Shown: positions 21,027 through 32,987, numbered from the stretch's first letter. The stretch is DNA of 64,000 bases from an uncultured delta proteobacterium (GCA_963769935.1 CAVYNY010000007.1:243343-307342); one strand, 5' to 3'. Translations and numbers: made by a program. The notes: generated by a model not told the origin, from the sequence alone.

Positions 21027-21781
21027 TATTAACATTTACCCACACCGGGCTATATATCCTCGATAGAAAAGATTACCTTCTGACAAGGGGTCAGTTTTCT
21101 TGCCTGTAGGGCACCCTCAAGGGTGAATACGACACCTATGCAATTCACTTTTTTAACGTCAATCTGATCTGGAAGTTTTAATTTATATATTTTGGATTGC
21201 GATACGCAATTTAAAAAAAAAATTAAATGATGGATTGCCGCAATGAAGCAAATCTTTTAGTACTGGCAAAAAATCTTGGATTTGTTGTTCTAATCTCTCC
21301 ATCATTGATTTCCACCAAAAAAATGGCGGACACTATATATTGTGGTAAGCCTTTTGATCTCATGCTTGAAGACTACTCGATATATCTCAAAGCAAAAATT
21401 TATTTTTGTTTGTTATTAAGTACAGGAAGATTTTATTCTCATACCTTGTGCAAGATGCCCAACTATCATAATGATCAAAAATATTGCAGATACGAAATGG
21501 ATATTTTATGCTTGCCCCAGTCGATTTGCGAATGTCAAACCCAAAAACCTGGAAGCTCAAGCCAGGGAAATTTCTCAAACCCCAATAAATCGGAATCTAT
21601 TGCCTTGTTTCCAACTCGAAAATAATATCGTTATTTTATTCCAATTGCGGTTTAGCCTTGATTTGGATAAACTTAAGAGTGCATATTTTTTCGGTTGATT
21701 TTTGTGATCATTCGCCTTAATTACATCCGGCTGGTTCTATCCTGTGAGGATCACTGTAGGTTTTGCGGAAAGATTTAGTAA

Positions 21782-23038
21782 ATGGTATCGACGCTTATCT
21801 CCTTCGGGGCCCTTTTTACATCGGCCCTGTTTTTTCTGATGGGTGGCGGGCTGTTGAACACCCAACTCAGCCTGCGCATGACGCAGGTTGGATTTTCAAC
21901 CCCGACAATCGGCACCACTCTGGCATGCTATTTTCTGGGATTGGTGTTTGGATATTTTCTGTGCCATCGCTTGATCCGACGGGTTGGCCACATCCGATCC
22001 TTCGCTGTATTTGCTGCTGCCGGCACAATAATCGTTATCCTGCACGGGCTTTATATTTCAGCTTTGTTTTGGGCGACTCTCAGATTCTTCAACGGAATTG
22101 CCAATTTCGGCTTATTCATGGTAATTGAGAGCTGGTTGAACGAATGCACCGAGCCCCGAACACGCGGACGAGTGTTTTCCGTCTACATGACCCTAACTTA
22201 CATGGGAATTGGCATCGGACAGCAACTACTCAATTTCGGCAATGGCGGTGGTCAGAATGTGTTTTTCATTGCGGCGCTTCTCTTATGCTTAAGCCTGATT
22301 CCGGTATCCGTTACGCGATCCGTCCATCCCGAATTACCGCAGACGGCCCACTACACTTTCAATGCGCTTTTCCAGAAGGTACCTCTCGGCATGATAGGCT
22401 GCTTTGCAGCCGGCCTGACAAACAGTGCGTTTTTTTCGATGGCCCCGGTTTTCGGAACAAAAATCGGTCTCTCCGTCTTTCAACTGTCGTGGTTCATGTC
22501 GACGACCGTTATTGGCGGCTTCGCCGTACAATGGGTCGTCGGCATTGTCTCGGACCGGTTTGACCGGACCCTCATCTTGTGCACCGTCGCGGGGCTGGCG
22601 GCATTGCTCAGCATCGTTATTTTAATGAACAACGGAACGTCTTTTTATCGGTTCCTGGTTGAAATGGCAATTTTCGGTGGACTTATTTTTGCGGTCTACC
22701 CGGTAGCCGTTGCCCGGGCGAATGACGTGTTCGAAGGCAAGGATGCGGTGGCGGTCAGTTCCGCATTATTGCTATGCTACAGCATTGGTGCCGTCTTCGG
22801 CCCCATACTGGCAGCTGCCGTAATGGCGCTGTTGAAAACTCCCTATGGATTGTATGTATACTGGTCACTGGTCGCTGCGGTATTTGCCGTTATTACCATC
22901 TATTTAAAGCATAAGGAAAGAATCACGATCATTCCAGTGGCGGAGCAGGGAAATTTCGTTCCCATGAAGAATACGTCATCAGTTGCATTGGTGTTGGGCC
23001 CCGGGGCGGAGGCGGATGGCGATAAAGCTACGCATTGA
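21782..23038 (+). CDS. MFS transporter (YcaD-like)
   Basis: 'IRRVGHIRSF', 'VIESWLN...RGRVFSVY', 'SDRFDR', 'YPVAVARAND'. Confidence 0.9.
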   Translation: MVSTLISFGALFTSALFFLMGGGLLNTQLSLRMTQVGFSTPTIGTTLACYFLGLVFGYFLCHRLIRRVGHIRSFAVFAAAGTIIVILHGLYISALFWATLRFFNGIANFGLFMVIESWLNECTEPRTRGRVFSVYMTLTYMGIGIGQQLLNFGNGGGQNVFFIAALLLCLSLIPVSVTRSVHPELPQTAHYTFNALFQKVPLGMIGCFAAGLTNSAFFSMAPVFGTKIGLSVFQLSWFMSTTVIGGFAVQWVVGIVSDRFDRTLILCTVAGLAALLSIVILMNNGTSFYRFLVEMAIFGGLIFAVYPVAVARANDVFEGKDAVAVSSALLLCYSIGAVFGPILAAAVMALLKTPYGLYVYWSLVAAVFAVITIYLKHKERITIIPVAEQGNFVPMKNTSSVALVLGPGAEADGDKATH

Positions 23039-23229
23039 GAGATATCTCCTTTTCATCCGGCATCAGTTGCTGCCGAACCATCGTGTCTGCTCTCCTTTCT
23101 GGGAAGAAAGAAGAATAATAGATCAACGGGCAAGTTTAAAAATTACGAAACGAAAACCAAGTCAAGAATAATGAACCGGATCGGTTGAGAAAGCATTAAA
23201 AAGCGCTATCAACCCGTTCTTGTCCCCGG

Positions 23230-24009
23230 TTACCAGGAACTGGGACCAAAAGTGCTGAGCATACCGCCGTCGACGTACAAGGTATGGCCGGTAACAAAAT
23301 CAGAGGCCGGGGACGCCAGGTAAACGGCGGCATTGCCCAGGTCCTCCGGTTTACCCCATCTGGCCCAGGGCGTTTTCCATTTGACCCATTTATCAAAGGA
23401 TTCATCTTCCCATAGTGCTCTGGTCAAATCCGTCTGAATAAATCCGGGGCCGATGGCATTGACATTGAGGCCGTGTTTGGCCCAATCCACCGCCAGGGCC
23501 TTGGTCAGCTGCCGAATACCGCCCTTGGAAGCTGCATAGGGTGCGTTGTCTTCCCGAACGGTTTCGCTCATCAGGGAGGCAATATTGATGATTTTCCCCT
23601 TTCTGCCGGTTTTAATGCGTTCTCTGGCAAAAGACTGGCACAAGGCAAAAGTTGCCGTCATGTTTAAATTGATGACAAAATTCCAGTCTTCCACAGTTAA
23701 TGCATCGGCGGGGCCGCGCCGGGTTCCCCCGGCATTGTTGACCAGGATATCCACCCCGCCGGTGTCTTTGACGATATCGGCAAACAGATCACTAATTTGG
23801 CCGGTGTTGCTCATGTCAAAGGAATAAATCCAGACCCGCCTGCCTGTGGGAGACAGCTTTTCCAGGGCCTGGTCCAGAGTTTTTTTAGTACGCGCAACCA
23901 GCGCAAGGTCTGAACCTGCTTCAGCCAGTGCTTTGGCGATACCGAATCCGATGCCTTTGCTGCCGCCGGTTACCAGAGAAATTTTATCGTCCAGGCGAAA
24001 TTGTTCCAT
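23230..24009 (-). CDS. SDR oxidoreductase, gluconate 5-dehydrogenase / KduD-like
   Basis: TGGSKGIG, NNAG, YAASKGG, 'VNAIGPG', 'LYVDGG'; start at ATG 24009 with GGAG RBS. Confidence 0.88.
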   Translation of the reverse strand: MEQFRLDDKISLVTGGSKGIGFGIAKALAEAGSDLALVARTKKTLDQALEKLSPTGRRVWIYSFDMSNTGQISDLFADIVKDTGGVDILVNNAGGTRRGPADALTVEDWNFVINLNMTATFALCQSFARERIKTGRKGKIINIASLMSETVREDNAPYAASKGGIRQLTKALAVDWAKHGLNVNAIGPGFIQTDLTRALWEDESFDKWVKWKTPWARWGKPEDLGNAAVYLASPASDFVTGHTLYVDGGMLSTFGPSSW

Positions 24010-24195
24010 TGATTTAGCTCCTGTTTGATTATGAGTACGAATTGTTTCGGTTTGGGTATTGATCAAAATATGATCCTTATCTAAACCGAAGTGGTATCGC
24101 ATGTCAAATTTTAATCTTCTGGAAGCGGGGGCCGTGAAAAAATCCTGTTGGTCCTTTAAACCCTGTCAGATACAAGTCAGGGGCTTCGCCCTAAT

Positions 24196-24392
24196 TGGAA
24201 TGGTGGAATATTGGATTATTGGGAAAATGGGTTTTGGGATATTGCAATATTGGGTAAATCGAAAAATTGGTCTTGATTTAAATGTCAGAATAGATAAAAT
24301 CCTTCAAAAACCCACTATTCCATCGTTCCACCGTTCCATTATTCCATGGATTATCTGATGAACGAAACCACCTCTCTGGGGTGGAATCAAAG
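24196..24392. repeat. Dispersed intergenic element with inverted 8-nt tandem arms (TGGAATNN / NNATTCCA)
   Basis: Left arm TGGAATGGTGGAATATTGGATTATTGGG from 24196; right arm CCCACTATTCCATCGTTCCACCGTTCCATTATTCCA 24311-24346; partial copy at 5302. Confidence 0.8.
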
Positions 24393-24499
24393 CCTGGCAC
24401 TCTGGGCCAGGTTTCTATACTCAACCAGTTGTAGAAATTCCGAGACGTTAAATTATGTAAACAAGAACCCCTTTTTCGAAATATTAGTATGAGGCTGCG

Positions 24500-25753
24500 A
24501 TGAAACTTCCAAAGATGTACCGCCTTCGACAGAGATTCGACGAAAACAAAATTGCAAATTTAGAGGAGACGGTGAAGGCCGCATTGGGCAAATTGTCTTT
24601 AGCCGCAATCAAACCCGGGCAGCGGGTGGCAATTACCGGCGGCAGCCGGGGAATCGCCAATATTGCCGACATTCTAAAGACCGTCGTTGATTTTGTGAAA
24701 TCTTTCGATGCCCAACCCTTTATCTTTCCTGCCATGGGCAGCCATGGGGGGGCGACCGCCGAAGGGCAGGTCGCGGTGCTGGAACAACTCGGCGTGACGG
24801 AATCTTATCTGGAGGCACCCATTTTATCTTCCATGGAAGCGACAGAGATTGCCCGGACCGAAGACGGTGTTCCGGTGTTTGTCGATAAAAATGCCCTGGC
24901 GGCCGATCATATCGTGGTGGTCAACCGGATCAAGTCCCACACCAAATTTAAGGCCCCCATTGAAAGCGGTTTGATGAAGATGATGGCCATCGGCATGGGT
25001 AAACTGAAGGGAGCCGAGTTCTATCATAAAGCCGCTATCCAGTATTCGTTTCCCAAGATCATAACGGATGCCGCCCGCCTGGTAATTCGAAAGACCCCGG
25101 TTTTATGCGCCGTGGGGATCGTTGAAAACGCCTATGGCCGTACTGCCCTGATTTCGGCCCTTGAACCTGACGACATTGAGGGCCGGGAAAAAGAGCTGTT
25201 GCTGCTGAGCAAGAAAATGATGGCCAAACTGCCGTTTGCCGATATCGATCTTTTAATCGTGGATGAAATGGGCAAAGACATCAGCGGCGTGGGGATCGAT
25301 CCGAATGTAACCGGCAGAAATCGCGACCTGCTGGGAGTTTTTGACCATCCGGTGCAGGTAAAAAGGCTATTTGTGCGCGATCTGACGGCCAAGAGCAAGG
25401 GCAATGCGGTCGGGATCGGATTGACCGACATCACCACCCGCAGACTGGTTGACAAAATTGACTATGCTGCCACCTACAAAAACTGCATCACCGGCATCAG
25501 CCTGGAAAAGGCCGCAGTCCCCATGCATTTTGATACCGATCGCGAGGCCATCGAGGTCGGCCTGGGTTCAATAGGATTGACTCCGCCTGAGAGAAGCAAG
25601 ATTGTGAGAATAAAAAATACAAATTGTTTAGAGGTGGTTGAGGTGTCGGAAGCCTTTGCCGCCGAGATAAAAAAACGCTCCGATCTTGAAATTATCGCCG
25701 AGCCTCAGCCCATGGTGTTTAATTCTGATAATAATCTCCTGAATCTTGGGTGA
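24500..25753 (+). CDS. Lactate racemase (LarA N-terminal / DUF362-like) domain protein
   Basis: 'VAITGGSRGIAN', 'PAMGSHGGATAEGQ', 'NRIKSHT', 'ESGLMKM.AIGMGK', 'GKDISG.G.D.NV.GR'. Confidence 0.78.
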   Translation: MKLPKMYRLRQRFDENKIANLEETVKAALGKLSLAAIKPGQRVAITGGSRGIANIADILKTVVDFVKSFDAQPFIFPAMGSHGGATAEGQVAVLEQLGVTESYLEAPILSSMEATEIARTEDGVPVFVDKNALAADHIVVVNRIKSHTKFKAPIESGLMKMMAIGMGKLKGAEFYHKAAIQYSFPKIITDAARLVIRKTPVLCAVGIVENAYGRTALISALEPDDIEGREKELLLLSKKMMAKLPFADIDLLIVDEMGKDISGVGIDPNVTGRNRDLLGVFDHPVQVKRLFVRDLTAKSKGNAVGIGLTDITTRRLVDKIDYAATYKNCITGISLEKAAVPMHFDTDREAIEVGLGSIGLTPPERSKIVRIKNTNCLEVVEVSEAFAAEIKKRSDLEIIAEPQPMVFNSDNNLLNLG

Positions 25754-25830
25754 AAGATTTGATCCAGATTCGATGCCTCGGCCATTTTCTTCTCCTTTCT
25801 GTTTTAAATTACCTTACCGTATTGCCAATG

Positions 25831-25860
25831 CTTTCCAGCCTCCCAGCCTTCCAGCTTCTT
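25831..25860. repeat. Short 8-nt tandem repeat between convergent genes
   Basis: CTTTCCAG CCTCCCAG CCTTCCAG CTTC. Confidence 0.6.
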
Positions 25861-27300
25861 ATTTCCTTAGTTTTATCGGAACTGCGAGACTCAGATATTT
25901 ATCCCTTTCTTCAAACATCAATTTTTTATCGACCATCATTTTTAAAAAGGCAACGATTTTGTCTTCAGCAAACGCCGGAAACCGGCTTCGAATACGCTTG
26001 AGAGATCGATGCTGCATACAAAAAAGATAGATCAGCCTGGAAGTCCCGACCAGACGGTGTTCTATCGAATCGGTCTGGTACAGCCGCTGTTTTATGATTA
26101 AAAATTTGCGGCCATCGCGAAAACTCAAAACCGGTGACGCTGCCGTTGCCCCTTGGAGTCCGGCGTAGGTTTTTTGCCACACGGCAACCATTTTTTTAAC
26201 AGGCTGCCAGATTTTTTTCTGAAATCCCAGATCACCGCGGAAGGCCTGAATCATAAACACCATGGACCGTGAAATGCCGCGTGGAAATAAGCGGGACCAA
26301 TTGGGATGATTAAAAACTGCTCTGATTCCATAGGCCGCAGGATTCTGCCACACCGGACTTTCCAGACCCAGCCAGAAGTCCACGGTGTGAAGCGGTCGCA
26401 AGGGCAGGGCGAATTCAAGATTGCGCAGTGTTTCGGCCACATCCTGTTCATCGCTGCCCGGAAAATGAAGAATCAGATTTGAACAGTTTACGATACCCAG
26501 TGCCTCACAGTTTCGCATGATTTCCAGATTCTGGATTGCATTGGTACCTTTATGAAGCTTTTTCAGCAGGGACGTGCTGAGGGCTTCAATGCCGATTTGC
26601 AGTTCCTGCATCCCCGCGCACTTCATGACTTCCAGCTCCGAGGCCGGCGTGTTGGCCCGAATCTCGGCGAACAGACGCAGATCCTTTTGCAGGCGGCCAA
26701 CTTTTTTAAATAGTTCCCCGGAAATTTTCCTGGGCAGCACATTATCCACGATGGACACTGCCAGCGTTTGGTATCGGCCGGTCAGATGATCGATTTCATT
26801 TGCCACGCGAGCGGGATCTTTGCGGCGATATCCCTGCCACTGGAGGTTGAGATTGCAAAAAGCACAACCGGCGGCACGTCCCGGCATTTTGGGTGTTGAC
26901 TTGCCGGATGCGATCGTTTTCTGCCACCAGCAGCCGCGTGATGTTTCAACCGGCAAAACAGGGAAAAATACATTGACCGGAGCAAATGATTTGAGCAAAG
27001 CAAAATAATCATCGTAGTCCGGCGGCGGGAGTTGGTTCAGATTATCCAATTGACTGAAGCCGGCACCGTCATTGTCGTTCGCAACGGATTTAGGCGTCAT
27101 AACGCCTTTGACGTGGGGTAGATCACCCGGATTGGAGGACGCTTTCAAGCCGGCTACTAATTGACTCAATGGCAGCTCACCCTCACCGTTGATGACAACA
27201 TCAACTTCAGGAAACAGATCAAAAAGTTTCCCGGCCGCCGGGGTGGAAAAAGTCGAACCGCCAATGACAATGACAAGCTGGGGAAACTTTTGTCGGACGA
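25859..27300 (-). pseudogene. B12-dependent radical SAM protein (RiPP maturation rSAM, TIGR03975-like), 5'-truncated
   Basis: End of cobalamin-binding domain 'IVIGG...GEGE', 'ETSRGCWW..C.FC.LN', 'QIGIEALS', 'FPGS'; ORF N-terminus is translated repeat DNA, most of the B12 domain is missing. Confidence 0.78.
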
Positions 27301-27321
27301 CCAATAGGATGTAAATACCGC

Positions 27322-27366
27322 AACGATCCAGACGACCCAAACGATCACAACGATCCAAACCAATCG
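27322..27366. repeat. 9-nt tandem repeat
   Basis: AACGATCCA GACGACCCA AACGATCAC AACGATCCA AACCAATCG. Confidence 0.75.
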
Positions 27367-27466
27367 AGCAAACAACGGCTTGCCATCCGATTACAGATAT
27401 TCTATACATATCCCCGATGATTTTGTTTTGGCAATAAATTTTAAAAAAAATGGAATCAAATCTCTT

Positions 27467-28387
27467 ATGTTGAATAAACCGGATTTAAAGGTTGACATCG
27501 GTGGGCTGGAACTTCGAAATCCAGTGCTGACCGCCTCCGGCACTTTTGGTTATGCCCGGGAATTCGAGCATCTTGTTGACCTGAATCGACTTGGTGGCAT
27601 CATCGTCAAAGGCCTGTCCCTGGAAGCCACCAAAGGCAACCCCCCGCCGCGGATTTATGAAACACCCTGCGGCATGCTGAACGCCATCGGTCTTGAAAAT
27701 TTAGGGATCGAGGCCTTCGTGAAGGAAAAACTGCCTTTTCTGCAAACGCTTAAACCGCCGCTCATTGTTAATATTTACGGCCGGCGCGAGGAGGATTATG
27801 TGCAGCTGGCGGCTCGCATCGAGGAAGTTGAGGCAATTGCCGCCATTGAGGTGAACATTTCCTGTCCCAATGTAAAAGCCGGCGGGATGGTATTCGGCGT
27901 TGACCCGCAAGCCGCATTCAGCGTAATCAGTGCGGTTCGCAAACAGACCACGAAACCGCTGATTGTAAAATTATCGCCGAATGTCACCGACATCACTGCA
28001 ATTGCCCGCACGGCGGAAGATGCCGGTGCAGACTGCCTCTCGCTGATCAATACCCTGACCGCCATGGCTATTGATATAAACACCCGGCGCCCGAGGCTGG
28101 CGAACATTACCGGCGGGCTGTCCGGACCCGCCATCAAACCCGTAGCCCTGCGCATGGTCTGGCAGGTGGCCCAGGCTGCAGCAGTTCCCATTATCGGCAT
28201 CGGAGGGATCATGTCGGCTGAGGATGCGCTGGAATTTTTTATCGCCGGTGCCACGGCCATCCAGGTGGGCACCGCCAATTTTGTCAACCCACATGCAACC
28301 ACCGATATTATTGACGGAATAGAAAAATTCCTGATTGAGAAAAATATTGAAAAAATATCAGACGTGATCGGGACGCTGGAAATATAA
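27467..28387 (+). CDS. pyrD: Dihydroorotate dehydrogenase, family 1
   Basis: 'NPVLTASGTFG', 'GMLNAIGLEN', 'EVNISCPN', 'VKLSPN', 'GGLSGPAIKP'. Confidence 0.95.
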   Translation: MLNKPDLKVDIGGLELRNPVLTASGTFGYAREFEHLVDLNRLGGIIVKGLSLEATKGNPPPRIYETPCGMLNAIGLENLGIEAFVKEKLPFLQTLKPPLIVNIYGRREEDYVQLAARIEEVEAIAAIEVNISCPNVKAGGMVFGVDPQAAFSVISAVRKQTTKPLIVKLSPNVTDITAIARTAEDAGADCLSLINTLTAMAIDINTRRPRLANITGGLSGPAIKPVALRMVWQVAQAAAVPIIGIGGIMSAEDALEFFIAGATAIQVGTANFVNPHATTDIIDGIEKFLIEKNIEKISDVIGTLEI

Positions 28388-28392
28388 AAGTC

Positions 28393-28488
28393 GGAGTGAT
28401 GGGGTGGGGGAGTAGTGGAGTAATGGAAAAGCTATTGTTCCCTGTCTTGTTATTTTACTTCCAATACTCCAGCACTCCAATACTTCCC
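28393..28488. repeat. Inverted 8-nt tandem element between convergent pyrD and leuA
   Basis: GGAGTGATGG..GGAGTAGTGGAGTAATGG versus CCAATACTCCAGCACTCCAATACT. Confidence 0.78.
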
Positions 28489-28493
28489 TTTTT

Positions 28494-30032
<1,539 letters not shown>

Positions 30033-30268
30033 TGTTATACTCCCATCATATTAGTTTCATAGTTAAATGGTTGAATGGTTGATTAGGGAAAGCGGATTTT
30101 AACCTTTTCAATTAGACGATTTATTGGCCATTTGACTAAAACGACGAGAGCATGGGCCGCAGGACGCGGTGGGATGCAATTCCTGCGGCATTTATACCTT
30201 CCTTATTAAACACGGTTTTTCTCCTTATGAATTTGAGGATGCTTGCCGATTTTCCGGGGGCGGCTTGG

Positions 30269-31918
30269 TCATTTGGTAAATAACGGCAATTCCTCCTGAG
30301 CGGGGGTTTGTCGGCTGCGAATTTGCTTTTCGCTCGCCAGTTTGTACTGAAAGCTGTCCGCCAGCGCGTGCCAGCTGGCTTCGATGATATCTTCGGATAC
30401 CCCAATGGTGCTCCAGATTTGATCCTGATCACGGGATTCGATAAACACCCGCACTTTGGCTGCGGTACCCCGGCTGCCTTCAATGACCCGCACCTTGAAG
30501 TCCACCAGGCTCATGGTATCAAGATCCGGATAAAATCGGTCCAGCGCTTTGCGCAAAGCATTGTCCAAGGCGCTGACCGGGCCATATCCCTCGGCGGCCG
30601 TGATTTCCTGCTTGCCTCCCACGGATATTTTTATCGTGGCATGGGCCGAACACGGTTGATCTTTATCTTTTTCAATGCTTACCCGGAAAGATTCCAGTTC
30701 GAATAACGGCTCGAATTGATCGGTGAATTTTTCCATCAGGATTTTAAACGAACCCTCGGCGACGTCGAACTGGTATCCCTGCTGCTCCAGCTGTTTGATT
30801 TCAGCGACTATTTTACTGCTGTCGTATCCGTTGTTGCCCAGCTCAACACCCAATTCACGGGCTTTGTATTCCACATTGCTTTTGCCCGACAAATCAGACA
30901 CCAGTACCCGTCTTTGATTGCCAACCAGCTCAGGATCCATGTGTTCGTAGGCCCTGGGAACTTTCATGATGGCACTGACATGGATGCCGCCTTTATGGGC
31001 AAAGGCACTCTGGCCCACAAACGGCCGGTTGTTTATGGGAACCTGATTCGCAGTTTCGCTGATATATCTTGAGAGCGATTTAATTTTTTTCAGATTTTTT
31101 TCTGACAGGCAGGGGCGGTTCATCTTCAGGTTCAGGATGGGAATAATCGAATTTAAATCCGCGTTGCCGCATCTTTCACCGTAACCGTTGATGGTGCCCT
31201 GGACCATTTCAGCTCCGGCCCGCAGGGCGGTGATTGAGTTTGCAACCGCCAAACCGCAGTCGTTATGGGTATGAATCCCCAATCTAATCGATTTTTTTCC
31301 TGAATCGGCCAGGCCTTTTTGATTCAAGGTTTGGCGCACTTCCTGAAAGATGGAGTCGATTTCAAAAGGCAGCGTACCGCCATTGGTATCGCAAAGCACG
31401 GCGAAGTCCGCACCGCCTTCAATGGCGGCCGCCAGGGTTTGCAGGCAATAGTCACGGTTGTTTTTATAGCCGTCAAAAAAATGCTCGGCATCATAAATGA
31501 CTTCACGCCCGTTCCATTTTAGAAATTGAACCGAATCGCGGATCATGGCCAGATTTTCCGCCAGGCTGTTGTGCATGACTTCTTCGACATGCAGATCCCA
31601 GCTTTTGCCGAAAATGGTGACCGTTGCGGTTTCACTGGCCAGCAGGGCTTTCAAATTGTCGTCATCGCCGGGCTGGATACGGGGCCGGCGGGTAGAGCCA
31701 AAGGCGGCGAGCCGGGCAGTTTTGAGGTTTACCCGTTTGGCCAGATCGAAAAACTGCATGTCTTTCGGATTTGATCCAGGCCAGCCACCTTCGATATAGT
31801 GTATCCCGATATCATCCAACCGTAATGCGATCTTGATTTTTTCTTCGGCCGAAAACGTGATGTTCTCGCCCTGGGTGCCGTCTCGCAAGGTGGTATCGTA
31901 TAAAAGAGTCGATTCCAT
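30269..31918 (-). CDS. cimA: Citramalate synthase
   Basis: 'YDTTLRDGTQGE', 'EGGWPGSNPKD', 'FGKSWDLHV', 'YDAEHFFDG', 'AHKGGIH'; start moved to ATG 31918. Confidence 0.93.
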   Translation of the reverse strand: MESTLLYDTTLRDGTQGENITFSAEEKIKIALRLDDIGIHYIEGGWPGSNPKDMQFFDLAKRVNLKTARLAAFGSTRRPRIQPGDDDNLKALLASETATVTIFGKSWDLHVEEVMHNSLAENLAMIRDSVQFLKWNGREVIYDAEHFFDGYKNNRDYCLQTLAAAIEGGADFAVLCDTNGGTLPFEIDSIFQEVRQTLNQKGLADSGKKSIRLGIHTHNDCGLAVANSITALRAGAEMVQGTINGYGERCGNADLNSIIPILNLKMNRPCLSEKNLKKIKSLSRYISETANQVPINNRPFVGQSAFAHKGGIHVSAIMKVPRAYEHMDPELVGNQRRVLVSDLSGKSNVEYKARELGVELGNNGYDSSKIVAEIKQLEQQGYQFDVAEGSFKILMEKFTDQFEPLFELESFRVSIEKDKDQPCSAHATIKISVGGKQEITAAEGYGPVSALDNALRKALDRFYPDLDTMSLVDFKVRVIEGSRGTAAKVRVFIESRDQDQIWSTIGVSEDIIEASWHALADSFQYKLASEKQIRSRQTPAQEELPLFTK

Positions 31919-31931
31919 TTTTTTCTCCAGG

Positions 31932-32987
31932 CTACAGCTTTTTGCGGTTTTCCGGCCGCAACGAGCGGACGGTTGCACCGGTCCGCCACATTTCTGAATT
32001 TTTGAGTTCGGCAAGCTCTTTATCCAATTTTTCGCGGTAGTCCGCTGCACTGTTGGCTTCAAGCACGCGCCGGGTTTCTTGACCGGAGAGCACTTTTTCA
32101 TAGAGCTCGTCAAACACCGGAGCCACCGCATCCCGAAAGCGCGGACTCCAGTCCAGGGCGCCCCGCTGAGCAGTTGTCGAACAATTGGAAAACATCCAGT
32201 CCATGCCGTTTTCGGCCACCAACCGGATCAGGCTCTGGGTCAATTCCTCCACGGTTTCATTGAAGGCTTCGCTGGGGCTGTGTCCGTGTTTGCGCAGCAA
32301 TTTGTACTGCGCCTCCATAACGCCTGCCAGGCATCCCATCAGAACGCCCCGTTCGCCGGTCAGGTCGCTGTGCACTTCTTTCTCGAAGGTTGTCGGAAAC
32401 AGATAGCCGGAGCCCACAGCAATTCCAAGCGCCAGGGTTCTTTCTTTGGCCCGGCCCGTATAATCCTGAAAGATGGCATAGCTGGAGTTGATGCCGCTGC
32501 CGTCCAGAAAGTTCAAGCGCACGTTGCGGCCGGAACCTTTGGGTGCCACCATGATAACGTCAACATTTTCCGGTGGAATAATGCCGGTTTGGTCTTTATA
32601 AACGATACCGAAACCGTGGGAAAAATAGAGCGCATTGCCGTCGTCCAGACATTCTTTAATTTGCGGCCAGGTGGCTACCTGCCCGGCGTCGGAAAGCAAA
32701 AACTGAACGATGGTGGCCTTCCTGGCAGCTTCTTCAAGGGGAAACAGGGTTTGCCCGGGGGTAAATCCGTCTTCAACCGCCCGCCGCCAGGTTTTTCCCC
32801 CTTCGCGCTGGCCCACGATAACGCGGATGCCGTTGTCCCTCAGATTCAACGCCTGTCCCGGTCCCTGAACGCCGTAGCCTAAAATAGCCACCGTTTCCTT
32901 TTCCAGAATCTGCCTGGCTTTTTGCAAAGAGAATTCCTCGGATGTGATTACATCTTCAACTACGCCGCCAAAATTAAATTGTGTCAT
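31932..32987 (-). CDS. ilvC: Ketol-acid reductoisomerase
   Basis: 'LGYGVQGPGQALNLRDNG', 'FSHGF', 'VAPKGSG', 'SDLTGERG', 'EAFNETVEE'. Confidence 0.95.
   Translation of the reverse strand: MTQFNFGGVVEDVITSEEFSLQKARQILEKETVAILGYGVQGPGQALNLRDNGIRVIVGQREGGKTWRRAVEDGFTPGQTLFPLEEAARKATIVQFLLSDAGQVATWPQIKECLDDGNALYFSHGFGIVYKDQTGIIPPENVDVIMVAPKGSGRNVRLNFLDGSGINSSYAIFQDYTGRAKERTLALGIAVGSGYLFPTTFEKEVHSDLTGERGVLMGCLAGVMEAQYKLLRKHGHSPSEAFNETVEELTQSLIRLVAENGMDWMFSNCSTTAQRGALDWSPRFRDAVAPVFDELYEKVLSGQETRRVLEANSAADYREKLDKELAELKNSEMWRTGATVRSLRPENRKKL

Noticed and set aside
21227..21698. Short ORFs in the AT-rich gap after gntR
   Set aside because: No recognisable motifs or convincing RBS; cannot be supported
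24101..24358. 85-aa ORF in the SDR/LarA intergenic region
   Set aside because: Translation of the dispersed repeat element
27322..27366. Tandem repeats (here and at 24.2, 28.4, 50.1 kb) as a CRISPR array
   Set aside because: Units are 7-9 nt with no unique spacers, and there are no cas genes
27301..27409. Cys/Arg-rich N-terminus of the rSAM ORF as a fused RiPP precursor
   Set aside because: It is the translation of the 9-nt DNA repeat
32079..32882. 267-aa plus-strand ORF
   Set aside because: Antisense shadow of ilvC
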